Shown piece by piece: positions 54,040-64,000 of a stretch of DNA of 64,000 bases. Position 1 is the first letter of the stretch, and each line of letters begins with the position of its first letter. The notes under the pieces are model-generated. The model worked only from the letters and a program-made list of their open reading frames with translations. It ran no database searches and had not been told where the DNA came from. The DNA is taken from NCBI RefSeq assembly GCF_006345805.1, contig NW_021828015.1, positions 62,001-126,000 on the forward strand, in the 5' to 3' direction. The stretch is from Octopus sinensis. Lineage: Eukaryota. The translations under genes and the position numbers were made by a program.

Positions 54040-54540
54040 TCGAGGCCTGCTGGTGCATTGCAAACCTTTTGGTATATGGAACGTGTTGAGGACTCAGTTT
54101 GCTTGAGTGCTTGAGGATCATTTACTATGGGTTTACATGAGTGGATGGCAAGGCCTGCTTTGCTTTGTGCCACAAAAACCACGATGGCAGATACGGTTTC
54201 CATTTAGAGGAGCAGTGTTTTGCAAGCATGCCTTCATACTTGCGCAAAGTTGGTCCCAACGTTGGAGTCAAATTTGCTCCAATCTTTGAACTGAGGAGAA
54301 GCAGGACTGGTACTAGGTCCTACATTCTAATGTTTGCTTTCTCCAAGATGTTGATGGAATATTGCATCACTTCAGATTGTCTTTAGCTTGTCATTGAAGT
54401 GAAAGAGCAGCCTCTCTGTTGGGAATTGGCCAAGAAGTTCGCTTTGCAATTCAGATATCACTCGTACATGAGGGATGACATGACCATCTAAGGTCATCTC
54501 ACATGATGAGGATGGCTTCAATATCTGATATGTTGCATTT
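54040..54540 (-). mobile_element. Decayed RTE LINE ORF C-terminus
   Basis: GHVI...LLGQFP...FNDKLK-type motifs with frameshifts, then a KAGLA.H zinc-finger-like end. Confidence 0.6.
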
Positions 54541-54734
54541 TGAACCATATAGATCACTAGCCACTAAACTTTTTTCTATTTTCTCTCCCAGTTTATTTCT
54601 GTGTTCCTTTCTGTCAAAGAGTGTAGGCTCGAAACGTAAGAGTGTAGGCTCGAAACTTTCTCACTTCCCGAGCATTAAACTAATACATTTGTTTCTACAT
54701 CCATCTTCGCCTTTTGTTATTTTGTAAATTCTCA

Positions 54735-54765
<31 letters not shown>

Positions 54766-54828
54766 CGGAGATGTACTTGCATAACAAGTGATTTGATCTG
54801 AGATTGTGTGCTGAAACGAAAACAATTG

Positions 54829-55101
54829 CAGCGTGGAAGGTGTTTGTAAGCCATTTAAGAAACACACAAAAGCCATTCAATTCACTTCAACATTTAAGTT
54901 TAATTTGTCAAAATATTTTCGTCACTTTAAGACCGCGACCTGTTCACTGACAAAAGAAGAGATGCAACGCAAATTTTTGTCAGTGAACAGGTCGCGGTCT
55001 TAAAGCAACGAAAATATTTTGACAAATTAAACTTAAATGTTGAAGTGAATCGAACGGCTTTTGTGTGTTTCTTAAATGGCTTACAAACACTTTCCATGCT
55101 G
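54829..55101. repeat. Inverted repeat (~125-bp arms, ~20-bp spacer), each arm carrying a G3-C8 hammerhead motif (54905-54953 minus, 54977-55025 plus)
   Basis: Arms are near-perfect reverse complements. Motif TTGTCA-GTGAACA-G-GTCGC..GYRAC-GAAA-ATAT-TT-TGACAA. The element is flanked by (TA)n. Confidence 0.85.
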
Positions 55102-55264
55102 TATATATATATATATACATATATGTTATATATATATGTTATTGAATTTAATCTTATGTGTGCATTGCTATAGCACACCAGCAATTAATTCTTACACTAT
55201 CTATCTATATATAGTCATAGATTGGTGGTTTGATTCGATTAGTCCCCAGTTCAATTCATGTATG

Positions 55265-55311
55265 TGATGTTGATAAGCAACACACAATTGGCAAAATATC
55301 AGTATCCGTCA
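55265..55311 (+). ncRNA. Degenerate hammerhead-like motif, U3-A8 variant
   Basis: TGATG-TTGATAA-GCAA..TTGGC-AAAA-TATCAGTA-TC-CGTCA. Several mismatches. Confidence 0.35.
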
Positions 55312-56456
55312 TTCCTGAATTTGATCAAATGTGGATTGCCTTGCCTGACTATAACATTCAGGTGTTTTGACACCCAGAGTTATGAGGGAGTCGTCCCTCA
55401 AGAGCTCTGGCAAAGAAAACTGCCAAAAAAACAAAAGTGTGGTAGGCATGGCTGTGTGGTAAGAAGTTTGCTTTTTAACCATATGGTTCTGGGTTCAGTC
55501 CCAACTTACTACCGATGCAGCTTCCTTCCACAAAAAACTTAATTAAATGTGGTGACACCACCAAAGAGATAGATGTCTCCATACTAGCCTTGGAGAAGAA
55601 CATAAGCAATCTTTTATCAAGAAACTATATTGATCCACCGCCTCAACCCAAGGATCAACAGTCCATCGGGGAGGGGCCAGTGGCTCTTATGAATACATCA
55701 TGGTGATTATGGCCAACATCATAACATATGCTACTAACACTATCTTCCATCACCATGATGTGAAAATACATCAAAGACCAGCTTAGAGAGTTGCTTACAC
55801 CAATTGTTGGAGAGTTGCTACTGCTGATAACCCAAATACCAAGCAGTTTAAAAATACAATAACGAAATTAAAGTAAATACACGTTTCTTGGACTGCTTCT
55901 TTCTGAAGATAGGCCTTTGCACCCAAAATATAAAGGTTTTTGCAAAACTTTCTGAATTGTTAAAAACTTTCTTTATTTCCCTTTTCTTTTTCTACATTTG
56001 TTGGTCTGAGTGAAATACGGCACTCTTGTGCGTTGTGAGTGTTTACATCCAGTAAATTAGCGATTCAGCAGAAGCGACCGATAGAATAAGTACTAGGTTT
56101 ACAAAGAATAAGTCCTAGGGTCAATTTGCTAAGCTAAAGGCGATGCTCCAGCATGGCCACAGTCAAATGACTGAAACAAAAAAAGTAAAAAAGTGAAAGA
56201 GTAAAGAGCATATATCTATATGTAGTCACAATATAAATATATAGAAATATATTTAGATAGAGGAAAGATAGATATATAGATAGACAGACATATAGATATA
56301 TCTTTTACTTTTATTAGTTTTAGCCAATTGACTGCAGCCATGCTGGAGCACAGCCATGAAGTATTTTAGGATATACTGTATTTTAGTATAGTATGTATTG
56401 AATATGCTGTAATAATTCAAGAAACATGGATCAAAACAAATATGAAACTTACTCAC

Positions 56457-56558
56457 CGTCATGGGCGTGTACCTTTCAGGATCTGGGTGCAAGTAGGAGA
56501 CAGCTGCTTCGTGTATATCGCATGGTTCATATTCTTGTAGTTTGTAATACTGAGGTAC
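56457..56558 (-). CDS. CFAP221: CFAP221/PCDP1-like internal exon A (102 nt, phase 0-0): VPQYYKLQEYEPCDIHEAAVSYLHPDPERYTPMT
   Basis: Acceptor ttgtttccctag, donor ACG|gtgagt, open frame. Peptide resembles the VPQLYKIKRYQP...SY motif I recall from vertebrate CFAP221. Confidence 0.85.
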
Positions 56559-58209
56559 CTAGGGAAACAATAACAACAACAACATCAACAAGGAGTTACT
56601 GAATGAATACAAACCAACACGGAAGCTTCTAGAAATAGCAATAGAAAATTCTCACCTAAACCACCACCCCCACCACCTCATGTAGTGCCTGACTGTCTTT
56701 AGAAATAATGATCATATTGAATGATAATCCTGAGCACAAACACGGGATGTGTGGTTAAGAAATTTGCTTCCCATCCACATGGTTTTGAGTTCAATCCCAC
56801 TGCACAGCATCTTGGGCAAGTGCCTTCTCTATAGCAGCAGACAGACTGAAACCTTGTCAGTGGGCTTGGTAAACAGAAACTGAAAGAAACCCATCATGTA
56901 TATGGACATGTGTGTGTGTGTGTGCACATGTGTGCAAGTGTTATGTTTGTGTCTCCTTTTCTTCACATTGCGTGATACCTGTGAGTGTCACAATCGTACA
57001 ACAGCATCGACCATTTCAAATATTCTGCAAATGAAAGCATGTGGCTTAGTGGTTAGGATGTTGGACTCATGATCATAAGGTTGTGGTTTCAATTCCTCTT
57101 GTAAGCAATTGTATTCTTGAGCAAAACAAGTCATTTCACGTTGCTTCAGTCCATTCCGCTGGCAAAAGTTAGGAATCCTGTGATGGACTGGCATCTCATC
57201 CAGGTCAGGAACTTTTTATGTGATGGAAACTGAGAAATCAGTCCCAGGACTTATTCTTTGTAAGCCTAGTACTTATTCTATTGATCTCTTTTGCCGAAGA
57301 ACTAGGTTACCAGGACGTAAATACACCATGATTGGTTGTCAAGTGATGGTGAAAGAACAAACACAGACACACAAATATACACACACACATATATATATAC
57401 AACGGGCCTCTTTCAGTTTCCGTCTACTAAATCCACTCACAAGGCTTTGGTCAGCCTGAAACTGTAGTAGAAGACACTTGCCCAAGGTGCCATGCAGCGG
57501 TACTGAACCCAGAACCATGTAGTTGGTAAGCAAACTATTTACCACACAGCCACTCCTGCACCTATATATATGACAGGCTTCTTTAAGTTTCTGTCTACAA
57601 AATCCACTCACAAGGCTTTGGTCAGCTTGAAGATATAGTAAAAGACACTTGTCCAAGGTGCCATGCAGTGGGACCGAACCTAGAACCATGTGGTTGGTAA
57701 GCAAGCTACTTACCACATAGCCACTCCTTCACCTATACGCATCTTTTAAACCACTGTTATAAAATAATTGCCAAACAAGGAAGCAATTATTTTGGAAAGA
57801 AAATAGAAACGTTTAACAAGGTCAGTTTGGATAACACTACCAACAGTGTTCTTCACATCAATAACAGACTTGGATGTATCGTGGCAGAAAATGAAGTCTA
57901 AGTAAACCAATATATCTGATAAAAATATCAGAGCCGGAACTGCTTTGAGAAGCCAAGAACTTACCAGCCTGTGGAAAACGTTTATTAATATTGAGAGTCA
58001 AAGATTGAAATGCTTATTGCATAACTTCAACCACATCCTTCCTCAGTTATGGATAATGATTTTCATATTTCTATGTCCATACCTGTGGGGTGAAATAGGT
58101 ATTTGTCAATTCAGCTCTATGCTTATGAATTCTAAGAAGGGAACAAGGAAGCTGTTCCTTTTTTTTTGTTTACAGTTAGATGTTTTTCTTTCATTCTTTA
58201 ACACCGCAT

Positions 58210-58543
58210 GCGTGCACACACACACACACACACATGCGCACTCACATGCACACACTTGCTCATTCACACACACATACACACATATACACTTGTTCATACA
58301 TACACACACACACATACAACATGCATGCACACACATATGCACACACACTTGCTCATTCACACACACACACATACACACATATGTGCACACACACACACAC
58401 GTACACTTGGTCATACATACACACACACATACCACATGCACACACACTTGCTTATATATGCACACATACACTTGTTTATACACACACATACAACTTGCTC
58501 ATATAAACACACGCACACACATTTGCACATACATGTGCATGCA

Positions 58544-58582
<39 letters not shown>

Positions 58583-59053
58583 TCATACATGCACATACAA
58601 ATGCACTTGCTCATACATGTATGTACACCCACACACACGTGCACACAAACACTTGCTTGTATATGCACACATACACTTGTTTATACACGCACATATAACT
58701 TGCTCATATAAAACACACACACACCACACACACATGCGCACTCACATGCACACACTTGCTCATTCACACACACATACACACATATACACTTGTTCATACA
58801 TACACACACACACATACAACATGCATGCACACACATATGCACACACACTTGCCTCATTCACACACACACACATACACACATATGTGCACACACACACACA
58901 CACACACACGTACACTTGGTCATACATACACACACACATACCACATGCACACACACTTGCTTATATATGCACACATACACTTGTTTATACACACACATAC
59001 AACTTGCTCATATAAACACACGCACACACATTTGCACATACATGTGCATGCAC

Positions 59054-59103
<50 letters not shown>

Positions 59104-59520
59104 TCATACATGCACATACAAATGCACTTGCTCATACATGTATGTACACCCACACACACGTGCACACAAACACTTGCTTGTATATGCACACATACACTTG
59201 TTTATACACGCACATATAACTTGCTCATATAAACACACACACACGCACATACAAACACTTGCTTATAAATGCACACACACATGAACATGCACATACATAT
59301 GCACACACACACTTGATCATATATGCACAGACACAATGCTGCTAACACACACATACACATGCACACTAACATACAGGCATATGCACACACATGCACATAC
59401 ACAATTCTGCTAAAACACACAGATATGCATGCACACAAACAGACACATACATGTGCACACGCAAACACACACACACAGTGCTGCTAACACACACATACAA
59501 GTACACACACACACACAAGG
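58210..59520. repeat. Degenerate (CA)n satellite with ~500-bp tandem duplication
   Basis: 58232-58710 recurs at ~58733-59235; ORF-track translations are duplicated. Confidence 0.9.
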
Positions 59521-59584
59521 AAATGAGTGTAGCCTAGTAGCTATTTTCATCAGAGCAGTATGTACAAGGCAATATTACACCTGC

Positions 59585-60810
59585 CTAAGGTGGCAACCTG
59601 GCAGAATCGTTAGAACACAGGGCGTAATGCTTAGTGGTATTTCGTCTGTCTTTACATTCTGAGTTCAAATTCCGCCAAGGTCAACTTTGCCGTTCATCTT
59701 TTCAGGGTCAATAAATTAAGTACCAGTTGCATACTGGGGTCAATCTAATTGACTGGCCCTCACCTCCCCAAAAATTTCAGGCCTTGTGCCTAGAACAAAA
59801 AAGAATATTGCACCTGCTTAAGGTAGTGAGCTGGCAGAATTGTTAGCATGCTGGATGAAATGCTTAGCGGTATTTCACCCATTGCGAGCTGGCAGAAACG
59901 TTAGCACGTCAGGCGAAATGCTTAGCGGTATTTCGTCTGCCGTTATGTTGTGAGTTCAAATTCCGCCGAGGTCGACTTTGCCTTTCATCCTTTCGAGGTC
60001 GATAAATTAAGTACCAGTTACGCACTGGGGTCGATGTATTCGACTTAATACCTATGTCTGTCCTTGTTTGTCCCCTCTGTGTTTAGCCCCTTGTGGGTAA
60101 TAAAGAAATAGGTATTTCACCCATTGCTATATTCTGAGTTCAAATTACACTGAGGTCGACTTTGCCTTTCATCCTTTCAGGTCAATAAATTAAATATCAG
60201 TGAAACACTGGGGTCAATGTAATCAACTAGTCCCCTCCCCTCAAATTTCAGGCCTTATGCCTTTAGTAGAAAGGAATATTACACCTGCCTGTAAAGTATT
60301 AAGCACCAGTTGCATACTGGGGTCAATCTAATTGACTGGCCCTCACCTCCCCAAAAATTTCAGGCCTTGTGCCTAGAACTGAAAAGAATATTGCACCTGC
60401 TTAAGGTAGTGAGTTCGCAGAACCATTAGCATGGTAAAATGCTTAGTGGTATTTCATCTGTTTTTACATTCAGAGTTCAAATTTCACCAGGGTCGACTTT
60501 CCCTTTCATCCTTTTGAGGTCAATAAAATAAATATTATTTGAACATTGGGGTCTATGTTATTGATGTAAACCCTCTCCCAAAATTGCTGGTCTCATGCCA
60601 AAATTTGATACCAATGTTACATCAGCATGCAAGGTAACATGATGGCAGAATTGTTAGCATGCTATGCAAAATGCTTAGCAGTATTTTGTACGCCTTTACA
60701 TTTTGAGTTCAAATTCCACCAAGGCTGAATTTGCCTTTCATCCTTTTGGGGTCAACAAAATAAGTACCATTTGAAAGTTGAATTCTATGTAATTGACTTG
60801 ATCCCTCCCC
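59585..60810 (+). mobile_element. Cluster of ~6 copies of a second SINE family; also at ~9030-9245, 10840-11050, 23035-23220, 23660-24360, 52325-52845
   Basis: Repeated GAGCTGGCAGAA..TTAGC..GAGTTCAAATTCC..GCCTTTCATCCTTTCGGGGTCGATAAATTAAGTACCAG..GGCCTTGTGCC. Confidence 0.85.
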
Positions 60811-61571
60811 TTAACCTTTTCATTTCCAACCCAGCTGAAACAGGCTCTGGCTCTGAGTACAAATGTCTTGTTTGCATAAGTTTTGAATTAAAATCTTGCA
60901 CCAAACCTTAGTCACAATTTATGTTCCTAGCACTAGCTGAATGATAACTATGTTATTTTACTAAATTTTTTGTTATATTGAAAATTAATTGAAAGAAACA
61001 GAGAGCACCTCAAAATAAATACAGTAACAAAAAAGTTAACCCTTTCATTACCAACCTGGCTGAAACTGGTTTTGGATCTGTAGTATAAATGTCTTGTTTT
61101 CATAAGTTCTGAATTGAAATCTTCCACCAAACCTTAGTCACAATTTATGTTCCTAACACTAGCTTAATGATAACTAAGTTATTTTACTAAATTCTTTGAT
61201 ATATTCAGAATAAATTGAAAGAAATACAGATCATCTCAAAATAAATACAGTTACAAAAGGGTTAAAGTCACCATGATATTTTTAGATCACCTCTAGCTCT
61301 GTAGTACAAATGTCTTGTTTTCATAAGTTCTGAATTGAAATCTTCCACCAAACCTTAGTCACAATTTACGTTCCTAACTCTAGCTTAATGATAATTAAGT
61401 TATTTTACTAAATTCTTTGTTAAAATCTCCCAGCAAACCTTAGTCACAATTTAGGTTCCTAACACTAGCTTAATGATAACTAAGTTATTTTATTAAATTC
61501 TTTGTTATATTTAAAATTAATAGAAAGAAACAAAGACCATCTCAAGAGAAAAACAGTAACAAAAGGATTAA
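60811..61571. mobile_element. Head-to-tail array of ~225-bp TTAA-flanked piggyBac-like MITEs
   Basis: TTAA at 60811, 61036, 61262 and 61568; ends TTAACCCTTT / AAAGGGTTAA; third unit rearranged. Confidence 0.75.
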
Positions 61572-62363
61572 AGTACTATCCTTAAGCTGAAACTTTAAAT
61601 CCTTATTACACTGCTCGGCCGAGGTGTGAACTCATGATCTTGAGGTCAAATGGTAAGCAAAAATACTTGAGAGACACTGGGAAGTGTGAGAGAGACAGAG
61701 AGGGGGAAGAGGAAAGCAGGGATAGATAAAAAAAGGGAGAGAAAGAGAGAGGAATAAAGAGACAGAATCAGAGGTAGAGAGAGAGAGAGAGAGTGAGAGA
61801 AACATAAAACAAAATTATTTTTAAGAGATTACTTTCTATAAATATGTTCACACACCAATTTCAGATTAGTTTTTCCAATAGGAGTCAAAAATATAAACTA
61901 ATATGAGGAAGATGCTTTAAGCTTTTACTTCTCTCTTTTAATTTTTTTTTATTTTATTTGCTTTTATCTTTATTTCTATTATATTTATTTATTTTTTTTT
62001 TTTTATTTACTTATTAATTTTGATTTTTTTTTTTTGCTAGTTCTTAAACTTATTTTCTTGTATTAATAACTAACCAACAATTGAAATAAGAAAATACAAA
62101 ACAAAACAAAAGAAAAATAAAATGAAATAAAAAAACAAATAAAATAAAATAAAATATGAAATGAAATGAAATGAAATAAAACAAGGAAAGATAGGTAACA
62201 ATATCAAAGAGTTTACAGTCTATATCATCAGGGCCCAATCAATTTAAATATTTTCTGCAGAGAAGTTGTAAAGCTGCTTAGTGAAGCAGCGCATCAGAAA
62301 CCAAAAATTTAACTTTATATATATATGTAATATAATATATATATATGTATATATATATGTATA

Positions 62364-62446
<83 letters not shown>

Positions 62447-62656
62447 AAATGTATATATATATGGACGTATATGTATACACATATATACACACATGCTTAT
62501 ACATACACAAACATGTATATATACATCTATATATACATATTTGTACCTATATATACACACATATATATACATATATATATACATATACATACATATATAT
62601 ATATTATGTATATAAATGCATATACAAACATATATGTATACACATATATATACATA

Positions 62657-62751
<95 letters not shown>

Positions 62752-62877
62752 CATATATACATGCATGTGTATGTGTGAGTAAATATATACACATATGTGT
62801 ACAAATATATTCATATACATACACATATACATATAAATATATATGTATGTATATATATATATACACACACACATTCG

Positions 62878-62912
<35 letters not shown>

Positions 62913-63178
62913 ATTATTATTATTATTATTATTATTATTTTCCAATTCTCAATTTCTTAAAACGTTAAAACATTGAAATCAATTTACTTGGAAATGTTGT
63001 CAAGTCATAAAAAACTGCAAAACAAAAACAGAAACAACAACACACAAAATAAAAAACAAAAACAAGAGGTGAATTAAAAAAAAACATTGGAAATACGGAA
63101 TTTTCAAGTGAAGGTAAAGTATAAAGAAAAATTATAAAGTGCACAAAAAATAGGTAGAAATGAAAAAAAAAACATAAC

Positions 63179-63261
63179 TAAAAATAAAAATGTTTCAAAG
63201 AAAAAGATTGGAATGTCTTTGATCTTTTCTCTCAAATATATGTTATGTTTCTGAAGTATAT
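63179..63261 (-). CDS. Possible upstream exon (83 nt, phase 1-0): ILQKHNIYLREKIKDIPIFFFETFLFL
   Basis: Acceptor ccttctctcatctag, weak donor TTA|gttatg. Phase 0 would fit exon A, but I see no convincing homology. Confidence 0.2.
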
Positions 63262-63652
63262 CTAGATGAGAGAAGGATATATACAAATATATATATATAT
63301 ATACATGCGAGTGTGTATGTGGGTATCTATATATACATGTTTTCTTATATGTTATACATGCAGATACGTAAATGCATATAAACATATAAAAATACATTTA
63401 TATACATATGTATAAAAATATGTGCATATGTGTGTGCGTGTGTGTATACCTATTCTCTTGTTCTCTCTCTGTTTCTCACTCTCTCTTTTTCTCTCTCTCT
63501 CTCTCTCGATATATATATACATATATATATATATAGATAGATATAAACACATGCATGCATACATAGACACACACGCATATATATATATATATATATACAT
63601 ACATGCATACATATATACACATACATGCATATATATATATATACATATATTC

Positions 63653-63690
<38 letters not shown>

Positions 63691-63816
63691 GAATGATATA
63701 TATGAATGTGTGTATAGAGACACATACGTATATCGAAAGCGATTACGTATATAAGTGTATACACACATACACACACACACATACACGCATGCAATGCACA
63801 CACCCATGCGTGCGCA

Positions 63817-63850
<34 letters not shown>

Positions 63851-64000
63851 TACATACATACATACATACATTTATATACATACATATATATGAATGATAT
63901 ATATGAATGTGTGTATACAAGCACACATATATATATATCAAGAGACTACATATATAAGTATACAGATGCACACACACACACCCACTCACCAACACACACA

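Noticed and set aside
57960-58085. Good-looking minus-strand splice sites (ccccacag ... ctg|gtaagt)
   Set aside because: Stops in all three frames.
57945-59284. 356-aa and other His/Thr-rich ORFs
   Set aside because: Translations of degenerate (CA)n satellite. The same applies to the poly-I/N/Y/C ORFs throughout the window.

Overview
AT-rich, microsatellite-dense eukaryotic DNA. The repeat families suggest a coleoid cephalopod, probably Octopus (inference). Almost all ORFs in the supplied track are translations of simple repeats. The real host gene is on the minus strand: eight phase-compatible GT-AG exons (56558 to 9407, 873 nt, 290 aa plus stop) that I recognise from memory as the C-terminal part of the ciliary central-pair protein CFAP221/PCDP1. 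One of them is a 28-nt micro-exon. Introns and flanks are filled with tRNA-derived SINEs, R4/Dong-like retrotransposon 3' ends and a ~555-bp non-coding element (both sitting in (TAA)n arrays), RTE and CR1 fragments, mariner/maT fossils, and hAT-, piggyBac- and Helentron-like MITEs. The most striking hidden signal is about a dozen minimal type-I hammerhead-ribozyme motifs from several unrelated sequence families, each with a palindromic stem III as in Penelope-like elements. They include compensatory catalytic-core variants (G3-C8, U3-A8) and an A6U variant. All identifications were made by eye, with no database search.
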